A DNA stretch of 64,000 nt, taken from the NCBI GenBank assembly GCA_038087875.1, contig CM075982.1:20832001-20896000 (forward strand). Direction: 5' to 3'. Position 1 is the stretch's first letter, and each line of letters starts with the position of its first letter. Below are positions 10,561 through 24,090 of this stretch, piece by piece. The translations under genes and the position numbers were made by a program. Origin of the DNA: Malacoraja senta (lineage: Eukaryota). The notes below the pieces were generated by a model that was not told the DNA's origin, ran no database searches, and saw only the letters and a list, made by a program, of their open reading frames with translations.

Positions 10561-13500
10561 GAAAAATGTTTGTTCCTTCTTGGGTGGTGGAAATTCCATG
10601 CAGATCTAACAAGAAGAAAGGGAGCAGGCTAGTGTCGCTAGTGCTCCTCCTGTATCTGCCCCACCGCCCACACTATGTGGTGGTTTCCTGCTCATTTATA
10701 TGGACAGGGAGCAGGTAGCCCAGTGGAATGGCTCATGTTCCGAGGGTACAAGGAAGGCAGATGTGGGCAGTGTTGGGTGGCAGGAACGTTTTTGGTAAAG
10801 CAAAAAGACAGGAACACATTTATAAAATGGATGCAATAGAAACAGCGAGTTCAGATTTAGATTCAACTTTATTGTCATTGTGCAGTGTACAGTACAGAGA
10901 CAACGAGTTCCTTTAAGTAGAGAGCCTCTGTGTCACCATTCGGTTCCTGTGCAGTATACAGATGCAACGTTTTCCCTATCTATCGCTCTTCCCACCCCCA
11001 CCCCCTGTAGTGACTAAACCTGTGTAGATTAAATTAAATAAAGATTGCCTAAGCTCTGGCTCCTGAACCTTTTGCTGCAAGACCTTCTGATCCTTTTACT
11101 AATCCAGACTGTAACACAATTGTATAGCAAAGGACAAGGCAATGATAACTTTTTTCATTATTTTATATCTAAAACCTTTCGATTTACAACAATCAGATTG
11201 TTCTATACTGATGAGCCTCTCAGATGATCTTTTAATTACAGGAGGATTTTTCTATATCTGAATATCATCAACTATTACTCTGCTTCAAAGCCTCATCGTC
11301 GTTCCAGTTACAAACCTGCTCCCCACCTGCCCTTTGAGTGGGATCTCTGAGAGACAGTGATCTCTAACAATCTCTTAATCCTGATTTCAATCTCAAATTA
11401 AATTTGAGGTAAACACAGAGTCCCACCCTTTGCTGAGTGACAATACCACATCCGCATTTTGGTTGGCTTAATGGCGATCAGATTAATCCACACCCTCCCA
11501 TGTGGAATTAGTCTGCTGGTTACATGTCGTGCCGCGCAGCGCACGGTCAGGCCTGGACAAGACACAATTCTATCAAACCTGCTCCCATTCCCTGTGCACT
11601 CTGCAGACCAGAGATTCTGGTGAATTGGTTGGTAGAGAATATTTACTCAAGGCAAGGACATTATTATTACACCTCTGGAAACTCCAGACCTGACAGCAGC
11701 ATCAGTGCACCCACTGATTAGAAAGTTGCCTGTGGGACTGGGGTATTGTCAGCACATTGCAACAGGTTTCCTTGGGGAGAGGATACTGAGTCTCAGCAAA
11801 AGTGGATGTCACTGAGCTTCAGGATCGGGTGATAGAGGGGCTGTCTATCTCACTGCCCTTCTCTTTCCCCTCATTTGCCAGTATCTCCCCTTAACCTCTT
11901 CTATCTCTTTCTCTCTCTCACCAGTCTCTCTCTCTCTCTCTTCCTCTCTCTCCTCTCTCCTCCTCCCCCCCTCCTCCCTTCCTCTCCCCACATCCTTCTC
12001 TTGGCTGCAACAGCTCACACCAATTACATTTAGATGCTGTCAATTAGCAATCAGTTCTGTGCTGTTCATTCACTGGACATGAGAGAGAAAATAGAATAGA
12101 GGGGGCCATTTAAAAAAAAAAGAAAATATTTATTTGCAATCGTTACAATATTCACATCATTGATAAGGTAAAACCCGCTGTGTGGACCTGTGAATAGCTA
12201 CATTGGCCAGGCTCAGGAGCAGGCCAATGAGAGGTGCCCCAACCCACATACCCTCAACCTCCTCCACAGACTGAAGTTCAACCAGAACTTGAGGAGCAGC
12301 ATCATCAAACACTGAGCTGCAACCTTACACTCGAGGTCAACAGTCCAGGCCGCAGCAACTGCAGGCAGCCTGGGAGTCAGCGAACCAGCTGAGAAACCTG
12401 TGTTACTGCTCAGTGCACGCTTTCCAGCTCAGGTCCCTGATATGAAGGGGAAAGACTCTTGTGTTGAGTGACCACCACTGGGTACTCGCCCTGGAATAGG
12501 TGAAGAAGCTGAGAGAGAGTTCAGGACCAACGCCTCCAGAAAGACCATTGTGTAGCTTTTTTTAAAAGAGTTAATCAAATTGATCAAAACAATTGATCAA
12601 AGCTCCCAAGGAGATCCAATGGGCGAATGCAGCTGAGGGAATCAGCTCAGACAGAACGGTCCCACTTGAGCCACTCCTCGATAGGTCTGTGGGGAGTTTT
12701 GGCCAAGAGCCTTGGTGGTGTTCAGATCCACCGGTGCTGAGCCTGCCCCACGACAGAGAACCCCCCCCCCCCCCACCCTCTGCGTGCAGGCTCCCTGGGC
12801 TTGAACGTAATTACTAACCAGACTCGGAGCAGCTCCAGTGAAGGACAGGCAACTCCCTCCGAGCTGGGAGCTGTGTCTTCCTTACGGCAGTAGGAATAAT
12901 CCACCCTGCTCTCCCTGCACTGGGACAGATCAAGGAACAGCTTTACTCAGTAATAACTTTTACTTCGTATTTTGTTTCCATGTAACCGTCAGCTTGCCCC
13001 TGCCAAGGTGACTTGGTTCTAGAGTGCTCCTGGAGAGGGAAAGGGTGGTGAAGGCTAGAATGTCTGGGACTTGTGTGCATTGCTATATTATGTTTTTTTT
13101 AGTAATGTTTGAAATCATGGTAAAGATATTTAAAAACAAAATATATATCAACAAAAAGAACACATGAAATGGGGCCTGGAGTACAAAGGCCAGAAAAAGG
13201 ATCAGATACAGAGTGAAGCTCCCTCTACACACGTACCTAGGAGTCAGAGACAGAATGAAGCTTCCTCTGCACCATCCCATCACACACTCCCAGGACACAT
13301 GTTGCATGTGTTCATGCAAATTCAATGAACTTCATTCCAAATTTTTAAGTGTGGTCACTATTAAAATGCAGGACTGTCAGAGGTCAATGTTACATTGCTA
13401 GGTCCTATAAGCTGCCATCAAATGGCAACATTGTTCAAGTTAAACAATTACAGGAACTCCATTCTCATGAAGAAGTGGACTGAGCGTTTTTACTGCGCAG

Positions 13501-15221
13501 ACGCAAGACTCCTCATGCGGGCATCTGTGGGAGTGTCGGGCAATGAGTTTAGCATGTCAATCACTCCACTCAACACAAGGCACAAGTTCCAAAGTTTGAC
13601 TGAGATTTATTTTATATTTAATAAAGACTTTGGACTGAAATATTCAAGTTGACAGGGAAGCCTTATCTGGTGCCCACTCTAACTCCAGGGCTAGAACTTA
13701 AAATGAGACCAGTCTAATCAGGAAGTGGGACAACTCTTCTTGCAGGGCCCATTTCATGCAAGGTGTTCCCTCTCAGGGGAGTGGTGTTCTCACATTCGAC
13801 TCTGCATACAAACGTATGGTGGACTCTGCTTAGCTCTGAGATCACTTGCTCCCAATGAAGCAATGTCTCTATTTTCAAAGTCCATTCATCCTCCAGCCCC
13901 CTCTGGCCCTGCAGCCTCCACTAATTCCATCCTCAGTACTCTTCCTGATGTTAAACACTCTGTCTTCAGAGCGTTCTGTTGCCAAGGCCCTAAACTCTGG
14001 AATTTCCTTCTTAAACCTCTCAGTTTCTATCCCTCTTCCCCCTTCAAGATGTTCCTTTTACCAAGCTTTTGGTCATCCTCCCTGTGTCAGCTTACATTTG
14101 CTCCAGTGATTAACCTTTGAATGTTTAGCTGTGTGTAAAGTGCTATGTGTAAAGTTATTGCTTTAGCTGGAACCTGTCAACCACCAGTTTGTACTTCAGG
14201 CTGAGGTTCCCTAGGCCAGTAACTCTGCATCACCCTTCGTAGGGTGCAGTGAATGGAGTTGTTCACACTGGGAGACACCTTCCTCTCACCAAGCCAGCTT
14301 CCCAACAAGCACGAGATGTTCTTTAACATAAGTGGACACATACGCAACAGCAAACTCAAGAAAAGTTACAGGTATACAATCTGTCAGAATCACCACACTC
14401 CATCACACACGGGTTGCTTCGCAAGAATGAACCACTGTGACTAACTCAAGGTATCTATAGAAAAGAGGTCTTTGGGTGGGCTGAGAGAGGGCAGGAAGAT
14501 TTGGCGATTCTAGTTTCTCCTGGGTTTCCTGATCATTGCTTCTCCAGGAAAGATACAAAGAGGAGATAATTATCAACACCCCACTTGCCTCCCCCTTACG
14601 CCAACAGATTGTGCACTCCCTACACAGACATACCCGCGCTTTCCCACTCCCAGTCAGCAACTACCCAATCCCTGTCAGTCAAAAAGACTATGAAGTGAAA
14701 TCTTAATAAGCCTCTTTCCACAGATGCTGACTGACCAGCTGAGTATCTCCTGCATTCTCTGGTTTTGTTTCAGATCTGAGCAGTGCTTTGGGGCATTTTG
14801 TCATGATTGTGGCACTAGTTATATAATCAACAGATAGAGAGTTATACACATTGTGAAATTAAATTCAGCTAAAGAATTGAGAACAAAGCAAGCAGATTGT
14901 CAGAAGACACAACTTGCTCATCAGTGTTCTTTGTGGGAGGAGAATCCGTGGTTCATACCTGGACTGACAGACATACATCAACTTAATTACTCCTTACATA
15001 CTCATAAAGTAACACATAGAACAACAAATAAACCTTGGTCGCAGCACAAGAACATGTACAGATAATATACGACAAAGGTGTTTGCAGAGTCAATATTTGT
15101 AGGTGGGAGAGCTTCCAGCATTTCCCGCAGGGTGAGAGCCACACAAAGCAGATTCCAGCCAGACCTCGTGGTGAAACATGTAGCTGGTCTGACGAGACCA
15201 CAGCCGGGGGATCCGTGCCTG

Positions 15222-15317
15222 CTACATCTCCCCCAGTTCTCCTTCCATGGTGCGCACGAGCACGTAGAGCTCAGCCAACCCCACCACTGAGGCAACAATG
15301 AGTCCACTGAGAACACA
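15222..15317 (-). CDS. TMEM199: TMEM199 last coding exon (second transmembrane helix)
   Basis: [31 protein letters not shown]. Confidence 0.93.
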   Translation of the reverse strand, partial: CVLSGLIVASVVGLAELYVLVRTMEGELGEM

Positions 15318-18300
15318 CTGCGGCAGAAGGAAAGGCAGAGGCAACGTCAGAGAACAAGGTCTGCCATAGGCTTGTGCAATCACATTATCTATTCTAGTGT
15401 ATTCATTGCTGCCAGACATCCAGAGCAGACCAGCGTACTCCTCTGTTCTCCAGCGCAGGGAGACTGAAGGAAGCCAACAGCATGTCGCCCAGGGCCACTA
15501 CAGATGTTCATTGTTCAGTCTGACCCCTGACCACATGCCAGAAACCACATCTCACAGGAGTACAGGCCCCACATTCCATTCACTCCAATAATGTAGTGTT
15601 GGCCCATATACACTGGCCAAGTTCCCCATTAACATTACCCCAGCTGACAAACATCCCCCATCAAATCCCACACCCCGGCATCAGACCCTTCCAAAGCCCA
15701 AACACTCCCTCACAAATCCCTCTTCATCAAAGCCCTCCCTTCCATCTCTATTCTTCATCAAACCATGGATCCATAGCTCCTGAAGTGGCAACGCAAGTAC
15801 ATGAGTGGTAAAGAAGGCATATGGTATGCTTGCCTTCATTGGTCAGGGCATTGAGTATAAGAGTCATGTTGTGGCTTTGTAAAACTTTGCAGTACTGTGT
15901 GTAGTTCTGGTCAAAGCAATGATTGGAAGTTTTGAACGTGGTGCAGAAGAGGTTTACCAGAATGCTGCCTGGATTAGAGGGTATTACATATAAAGAGAGG
16001 TTGAACAAACTTGGCTTTCTCTGGAACATCAGAGGTTGAGGAGAGACCTGATAGAAGTAGATACAATTCTGAAAGGCATAAATAGGGTGGACAGTCAGAA
16101 GCATTTTCCAGAGTGGAAATGTCATACACCAGAAGGCATGGCTTTAAGGTGAGAGGGGGCAAAGTTTAAAGGAGATGTGCAAGGTGAGTTTTGTTTTACA
16201 AAGTGGGTTGTGGGTTCCTGGAACTCGCTGCCAGGAGTGATGGTGGAGACAAATACTATGGTGGCAATTAAGAGGCTTTTAAATGGGCACATGGATATGC
16301 AGGAAATGTAGGGATATGGGTCACGTGCAGGCTGAGATTAGTTTAACTTGGCATCATGTTTGGCACAAACATTGTTGTCTGAAAGGGCCTGTTCCTATGC
16401 TGTACTGATCTATGTTCTGTTAAACACCTCCCATCAATTATCTTCGTCCCATGCGATACCCACACTCACCGCAGCCGGCTCCGTGAACAAATACTGACTA
16501 CCGAGGTAGGCACAGGCAAACGCTGCCACCACCGTCACCAAGAAGTTAAAGATGGTTACCACCACGGCCTTGGCGGATCGCACTGCAACACCGACAGAAA
16601 GAGGTAGACATCAGCAAGGGTTAAAAGCCGATCTGACACAGGAAATCGACAGTGCTGGTCGCAGCTAGGCAACCAAAACCCCAGAACCAGAAGAAACTGC
16701 TCTGTGTTCTGGAAATAGGAGCAGCATTTCTAAAGCGATTCTGATGCAAAACGAAGAGCAGAAGTTAATTTAGACCAGCCTTGCCCACTGGATACAGCAA
16801 CCAGGAGCTCTCCTGATCACCCACAGACACTGTGGTTACCACATCCCTGCTGTGAGCCTCAGAGACTTTGCTTTAACATTGTGTTTCAGGTTTTCTACAT
16901 CAAGGAGATGGAACCTTCCACGTTCATACCAGAACACTTGGAGGTTGGGAAAAACACAGGCGAGTTGCAGAGTGTTGTACCAGAATTCTTATGTAACTGG
17001 GTGGTGGGGGTGTTCCTAGTTAACAGTCCATACGGAAATATCTTGATCATCTATCTACTGTGCCCCATTGGGATGCTCTATGTTTCCATAAGATCACCTC
17101 TCATCCTCTGAACTCCAAAGAATATATACCATACCTGTTTAATGGAGACACAAGAGACTGCAGATGCTGGAACCTTGAGCAAAAGTGCTAGAGGAACTCA
17201 GTGGGTGGCATCTTTGGAGAGAATGGCCAGGTGACATTTTGGGTTGGAACCCTTCTTATGACCTGCTTCGCCTGACTTGACAGAATGTTCCATCCGGAGC
17301 TCCTGGGCGAGGTGCAGATGACCAGATGGTTATGAAGGTAGACAAAAATGCTGGAGAAACTCAGCGGGTGAGGCAGCATCTATGGGGCGAAGGAATAGAT
17401 GTTTTGGGTCGAGAAGCGTCTGAAGAAGGGTCTCGACCTGAAACGTCACCTATTCCATTGCTCCATAGATGCTGCCTCACCCGCTGAGTTTCTCCAGCAT
17501 TTTTGTCTACCTTTGATTTTTCCAGCATCTGCAGTTCTTTTTTAAACAGATGGTTATGAAGGCTCCCCTTCCATTACCCAACCTCAATAGTACCTGCTGC
17601 AGTCTCAACATTATTTTTTTAAGACTTCCTAGCTGAACAACAAACTCTCAGATGACGAAGTCACTCTGAGACTTTGGAACACAAGTGCCAGATTGTTACC
17701 AGAGTGACAAACTCATTCTACAGAGACCAGAATCTGAATCAAAACCAATTGCTGGAAGAACTCAGCCAGACAGCAGGTCCTGCGGAAATAGGTTCTCAGG
17801 GAAGCTCCCTGACCCGAAATGTTAAATAAATATTTTTTCCACAAGTGACTGCCTGACCGGCTGAGATCCTCCATCATTTCCCTTGTCATTTAATTCTACA
17901 TTCGATCCTGCTCGTCTTGAACTTCATTTTGAATAGATGTGATTTGAAACAAATCCAATGTAAAATCTTCAGCCACTCACCTTGCCTTCCCACATCTCCA
18001 AATGTGCCGTATCGATTTATCTGCTAGGAACAAAAGATAAAGGGAAGTTAGCACCAAGCCGTGGCTTTATCCCCAGCCGGGCTGTCCTGCTCCTGGACAC
18101 AGGGCTACACCAGTATAGATCAAGCGCGCCAGAACCCCTGGAGAAGATCACACCACCTGGCAGTTGACATTTCTGGTGATCCGTCTGTACTCTTCATTTG
18201 CTATCTTTGCTTTGATCTTGTCCAATCTGGCCACCAGCTGCGGGTTCTGAAAGGGACAGGGACTTGACATGAGAAGATCATTAACATTTCATAACTGATA

Positions 18301-21300
18301 ACCTGTAACAGATTTACTAGATTAAGTTTGATCTCCTGTCCTCAGCACACACACTCACAAGGATCAGAGATGGTGACCCACCACAGATATTTGCACTTTT
18401 GACTTCCTAAAATACATCGCCTCACACTAGTTGGTAGAGCTGCTGCTTCACAGCTCCAATGTCACAGGCTCAATCCGTGCACTGTCTTACATGTTCTCCC
18501 TGTGACTGTGTGGCTATCCCCCTTGTGATCCGATTTCCTCCCACATCCCAACTGCTGCTGTAATTTACTCCCTAATGTAGATATGTGACAATAGAATCAA
18601 TGATTTGATGGGCATCGTAAGTTGATGGGCACAGGAGATAGACTAAGTTTCAGGAGTGCTGGAACTGGTATAGACTCAATGAGCATTCTGAATCCTAATG
18701 AGTAAGAAAGGAAGTATAAATTCTTACTGGGTTTGACGGGCAGATACAGGGATGCCTTTTCTCCTGGCCAGTGTTCCTGGAACCAGGCAGTACAGTCTCA
18801 AAATAAGGAATCAGACGTTCAGGGCGGAGTTAAGTAATTTCCACTCCCAGAACATACCAAAACTTTGAAACTCTCTGCAAAGGAGGGCGGTGGCTCAGTC
18901 ACTGACTATATTCACAGAAAGATCCCGAAACTTTGGATATTAATGAAATTGAGGGATATGGGTGGGGGAAGTAGTAATGGGGTTAAAAGATCAGCCAGAG
19001 TGAATGGTGGTGCACCCAGTGGGAACCAGTGTCCTCTATCCAGTGGAGACCAGTGACCAGCAGGGACCAGTGTCCTGTGGAGACCAGTGTCCAGTAGGGA
19101 CCAGTGTCTGGTGGAGATCACTTTCCAATGGAGACCAGTGCCCAGCAGAGTCCAGTGTCCTGGAGAAACCAGTGTCCAGGAGAAACCAGAAACCAGCAGA
19201 ATCCAGTGCATCACCAGTGCCAGATTAAGGGCAGTATTCCACACCACCCCCCCCCTCAGTCACCTCCTCCCATCTTCTATACTGACCCTCTCAGGCAGCT
19301 TCACTTCTGGTGTAAATATTTCTGCACCCTCCAGAAGTTCGTGAAGATACACAGGGAATCCTGCAAACATAGAACATCGAATAGTACAGTAAGTAAAAAC
19401 ACACAAACCATCACAGCTCAGCCAAGATTATACAGGGGCTACAGAACGACAGGTGAGCGCCCCACTCAATTGACTCGCTAACCATCTTGAAATGGTTATC
19501 AGGTCACTTAATTTATTCCAGCTTTACTGAGCCAGCACTCCAGGTGGGAGAACGACAGGAGGAGCTCCTCTATTTCACAGCTGTAGGAGTGACATCTCAG
19601 CCACGACGGAAGGGGCAGTTTGGGAGGGAGGGGGACAGTCGAGAGGGGACACGGGGCAGCTGAGGCAGAATGGATGATGCCGGGGAGGGGAAGGGAGGGG
19701 AACCTGCACCCTGTTAACAACACACATGAGCTGCTTCTGCTTGGCAGGATGTAAAGAATGATTCAATGATACTTTATTGTCAAATGTATCTAAGTACAGT
19801 GAAATGCTTTGTTTTGCATGTAGCAGACCTCATCTAGACAGTACACAAGCCTCGCCACGGTTTGGGGCCAACAAAGTTACATAAGTTCACCGAACAGTCT
19901 ACTGCCTGCAGAATTATAATCATAGAGTGACAGGGCCTTCAGCCCAACTAGTCATGGTGACCAAGGCACATACCTGGGCAAGTCCTATTTGTCTGCGTTT
20001 GGCTCATATTTCTCTCAACATTTCCTGCCGGTGTATCTATCCATATATAATTTAAATGTTGTATTTGTACCCACCTTTTCCACTTCCTCTGGCAACTCGT
20101 TTCACATATCCACTACCCACTGTGTGAAAAAGTTGACAGTCAGGTCCCTTTTAAATGGCTGAACAAAAATCAAAATGCTGGATGAATTCTGTGGGCCAGG
20201 CAGCATGTAAGGAAGAAATTAATAAACGATGTTTCAAGTTGGGACCCTTCTTCAGAATGGCAGCCTCTTCTTGTGCTGTACAGTTCTGTGTTTTTACTTG
20301 TCCAAGTTAAATTCCATCTGCTATTCTTTGTCCCACTTTCCCAGTTGATTTCAATCCCGTTGCATTCTTAGCCAAACTTCTTCAATATCCACTGTACCAA
20401 CAAATTTGGTGTAATCTGCAATTTCACATGCACAAAGCCATGCTGACTATCCCTATCAGTCCTTGCCGTTGCAAATACAGGTAGATCATATCTCTCAGAA
20501 TCCCCTCCCGTCACTTACCCACCATTGAAGGAAGACAAAAATGCTGGAGAAACTCAGCGGGTGAGGCAGCATCAATGGAGCGAAGGAATAGGTGACGTTT
20601 CGGGTCGAGACCCTTCTTCAGACTGATGTGGGGGGGGGGGGGGGCGGGAAGAAGAAAGGAAGATGCGGAGACAGTAGGCTGAGAGCTGGGAAGGGGAGGG
20701 GAAGGAGGGAGAAAGCAAGGACTACCTGAAATTGGAGGTCAATGTTCATACCGCTGGGATGTAAACTAACCAAGCAAAATATGAGGTGCTGCTCCTCCAA
20801 TTTGCAGTGGGACTCACTCTGCCCATGGAGGAGGCCCAGGACAGAAAGGTCGGATTCGGAATGGGAGGGGAATTTGAAGTGCTGACACCATTGTTGTCAG
20901 GCTCACTGACCTGTAGTTCCCTGGCTTGTCCCTGCAGCTCTACTTAAATAAAGACAGCATTAGCCAGCCTTCAGTCTTCCGTTACCTCATCTGTAGCTAA
21001 CAATAATACAAATATCTCTGCCTGGGCAACAGCAATTTCTTGCCTAACTTCCCACAATGTCCTAGGATGCACTTGGTCAGGCCCCACGGGTTTAACCATG
21101 GGATTTATCCAGATATTTATTTAAAACTGCCAGCACCTCCTTTTTTGTTTTTAAAAAAGTCATGAAGTGCTAGAGGAACTCAGGGGGTCAGCAGCATCTT
21201 TGGAGAACATGCATTGGTGAAGTTTCGGGTCAGGTCCAAATCCCGACCCAATTCGTCACTATGTTCTCCAGAAATGCTCCCTGACCCGTTGATTCACTTC

Positions 21301-22060
21301 ACCACATTGTGTCCTTTTATTTAAACCAACATCTGCAATTCCTTGTATCTCTATCCTCTTTTGTGAATATGTTTCAAAACATTTCTATTTTCCTCCATGA
21401 TTTCCATAGCTTCCATAACCTGTGTAGGAAATAACTGCAGATGCTGGTTTAAATCAAAGGTAGACACAAAATGCTGGAGTAACTCAGTGGGACAGGCAGC
21501 ATCTCTGCAGAGACATTTCTGGTCGAGACTGTCTGATGAACGGTCTTGACCCGAAACGTCACCCATTCCTTCTCTCCAGAGATGTTCCTTGTCCCACTGA
21601 GTTATTCCAGTATTTTGTGCCTAGCTTCCATAACCTCCTCCACAATAAATACATATTAGAAATATTCATTTAAGACCTTGTCCATCTCCTGTGGCTCCAC
21701 ACATAGACAACTGCACTGATCCTTAAGGGGATATATGCTTTCCCTAGTTACCCTGTTGCTCTTAATTAAGATAAATGACGCGAGGGCTTTTTGTGGTTGT
21801 TAAATCCCACGTCCCAGCATTAATTCATAAAGAATAATGAGATTAAAAAACAGCCATTTTTGTCTGATTTACTCACCTTTTGTTTCCAAGAATATGTGGA
21901 GTTTTCTCAGGAGGGTGAAAGGAATCGTGGGGGTGGGTTTCGTTCCTGTGAAGCAGGATTTGAGTTCAGCATGCAGATCCATGGGCAAAGAATGGTCATC
22001 TTTTAGTACGAGGCCAAGCTGTTGTAGGAAGCCATCACTCACTCGTAGAGAATGTGCCAT
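15222..22060 (-). CDS. TMEM199: TMEM199 (VMA12) V-ATPase assembly factor, 199 aa; complement join(21877..22060,19287..19360,18157..18246,17981..18023,16470..16582,15222..15317)
   Basis: The spliced translation MAHSLRVSD...[52 protein letters not shown]...[15 protein letters not shown]...[26 protein letters not shown] matches the TMEM199 family. All introns are GT-AG and in phase; total CDS is 600 nt. Confidence 0.95.
15770..16420 (+). mobile_element. CR1-type LINE 3' fragment
   Basis: Degenerate [23 protein letters not shown]; typical CR1 3' UTR ending gggcctgttcctatgctgtac. Confidence 0.75.
16470..16582 (-). CDS. TMEM199: TMEM199 coding exon 5 (first transmembrane helix)
   Basis: [38 protein letters not shown]. 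Confidence 0.93.
17339..17546. mobile_element. Palindromic Penelope-derived element; 16-bp TSD CAGATGGTTATGAAGG
   Basis: TSD at 17323-17338 and 17547-17562; hammerhead-like core at 17420-17447. Confidence 0.8.
17981..18023 (-). CDS. TMEM199: TMEM199 coding exon 4
   Basis: [14 protein letters not shown], 43 nt; TAGCAG tandem acceptor and GTGAGT donor. Confidence 0.88.
18157..18246 (-). CDS. TMEM199: TMEM199 coding exon 3
   Basis: [30 protein letters not shown] with AG/GT flanks. Confidence 0.93.
19016..19221. repeat. CCAGTG-based minisatellite
   Basis: Many degenerate gagaccagtgtcc units. Confidence 0.85.
19287..19360 (-). CDS. TMEM199: TMEM199 coding exon 2
   Basis: [25 protein letters not shown] with AG/GT flanks. 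Confidence 0.92.
20528..20885 (-). mobile_element. 5'-truncated Penelope-like element: GIY-YIG C-terminus plus 3' terminal repeat with hammerhead motif; TSD CACCATTG
   Basis: [23 protein letters not shown] is a typical PLE ORF end. It is followed on the same strand by CTGAAGAAGGGTCTCGACCCGAAACGTC (20594-20621). Confidence 0.8.
21422..21621. mobile_element. Palindromic Penelope-derived element; 15-bp TSD TAGCTTCCATAACCT
   Basis: TSD at 21407-21421 and 21622-21636; CTGATGA..GAAACGTC at 21533-21560. Confidence 0.78.
21877..22060 (-). CDS. TMEM199: TMEM199 first coding exon
   Basis: [16 protein letters not shown]...[16 protein letters not shown]; acceptor tctaacag 7 nt before the ATG; donor G|GTGAGT. 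Confidence 0.85.
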
Positions 22061-22949
22061 CGGTGAACTGTTAGAAACCCCCAAATGGAGCAGCAGGGCA
22101 CCAAAGTAGCAGTCTGGGGGAGGGGGGTCACACAAACATATTACCACCAAGCAAAACAGATGGTAGGACCAGTATCAAAACAGAAGATTTAAAATAAAAT
22201 TCCTACCTATAATCTCCCTAGAATTTATAATTGCCAAGAGTCCTTGAGTTAACGCAATCAATATACAATTCATTTCAAAGGTATTTTATTGTCACATGTA
22301 CCAATTAAGGTACAGTGAAACTTGATTTACCATGCAGTCATATTACAAAAAGCAACAAGACACACAACTACATAAAAGTTAACACAAACATCCACCGCAC
22401 TGGATTCCCCACATTCCTCACTAAAGGCAATAAAGTGTAATCTTCATCACTCTTTATTCTTTAATCTGCTCTTCCAGGAAGAATAGGTAAATTTCTAATA
22501 CACATGGCATTAAACAGCATGAAGTGAAAGTGTGTTTAGAATACATAACACAATAACAATGTTATTGTACTGGCAATCCAGACGCTCCACTGTGACAATT
22601 GGAAAGTTTACATTCAATTTATTTAATACGTCTGAACTAACAAGTCAACAACAGTAACATTAATCATGAAATTCATGGAGTTCACATGTTCTATAAGGGA
22701 AGGAATTCCACCATCCCTTATCAATCTGGCCTGATCTTTTAATTTGTTTTTAGTATATGAGCTCACTAGCAAGGCCAGCATATAGTAGAGATATGAGGGA
22801 CAGATAAGGTGGTAGGAGCAATACAAGGATGGTTGGGGGAAATAGAAAATAGTAAATAGGAAATAGTAGGTGAGTCATGGGGGCTTGAGTAGTGACGCTT
22901 AAACAATTATGACAGGCAGTAAGGGACAGGAAGGGGTGTGGGGTTCACA

Positions 22950-24090
22950 AGTTATAGGAGTAGAAAGACTTCGGCCCATCGAGTCTACTCCACCATTCAA
23001 TCATGGCTGATCGCTGCCTCCTAATCCAATTTTCCTGCCTTCTCTCCATAACCTTTGACACCCATTCTAATCAAGAATTTGTCTATATCTGCCTTAAAAA
23101 TATCCACTGACGTTCTCGACTGCCCTCTGTGGCAATGAGTTCCACAGATTAACTACCCTCTGACTTAAGAAGTTCCTCCTCACCTCCTTTCTAAAAGAGT
23201 GCCCTTTAATGCTGAGGCTATGACCTCTGCTCCCCGTTGGATTGCAACCTTGTCGTGGTCGGGGAGCTTGTGTGTCTATGACCCCTAGAGCTATGCCAGC
23301 AGGAGATTTGTCTCCTGTTAGAGGCTCCCATGCTGGACAGGTCGAAGGGTAGAGGCGAGACGAAGAGTGATTCACTGGCCCTCCAGGTTGGGAGTTGAGC
23401 ACAGGGCTAACAACCCTGACTCGTAAAACAAATATGTTACGGAAACTGCAACTGAAGGAATCAACACTACTGGGCGTGATTGACTTCCAGGGCTATTGAC
23501 AGATGCTAGGATGAATGTCAATGGTGAAAGCCAAAAGGAAGCCACTGGCAGGAAGGTGGAAGCTCTAAATGCCAAACATAAGACTAAGGCATCATAAGGC
23601 GCTGGAACTGGATTGGCCATATACTGAGAAGAGAAGCAGACAGCATCCCAAGAATAGCCCTGCATGGGACACCGGAAGGGAATAGGAAAAGAGGGAGACC
23701 CAAAACCACCTGGCGTCGAACTGTAGAGGAGGAAATGAAAACAATGGACCTGACCTGGGGTAGTGTCCAGAAGCTAGCCCAGAACACACAGGGGTGGAGG
23801 ACCTTCGTTGCTGCCCTACATGCCAGGAGGCATAATAGGCAGTAAGTAAGTAAGTAAGTACTATGACCTCTGGTCCTACTCTCCCACCAGAGGAAACATC
23901 CTTTCCACATCCAATTCAATGAGGTCCCCCCTCAATTTTCTAAACTCCAGCAAGTACAGGCCAGTGATTTCAAGCACTCATCATATGCTAACCCACTCCA
24001 TACTGGAATCATTCTTGTAAACCTCCGCTGGGCCCAAATTTGCTCACAGTACTCCAAACCACCAGCGTGTTATAGAGCCTCAGCATTACA
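22950..24090 (-). mobile_element. CR1 LINE 3' fragment interrupted by an RTE-derived insertion
   Basis: The RGHSLSIKGHSFRKEVRRNFLSQRVVNLWNSLPQ remnant continues on both sides of 23230-23860. Confidence 0.8.
23230..23860 (+). mobile_element. Internally deleted (bipartite) RTE-clade retroelement; 12-bp TSD CTATGACCTCTG; (TAAG)n tail
   Basis: An RTE-like 5' UTR is joined to the RTE C-terminus RRWNWIGHILRR...GRPKTTWRRTVEEE...WRTFVAAL. TSD at 23218-23229 and 23861-23872. Confidence 0.8.

Noticed and set aside
19016-19221. Regularly spaced CCAGTG repeats resembling an array
   Set aside because: Degenerate eukaryotic minisatellite with no unique spacers; not CRISPR.
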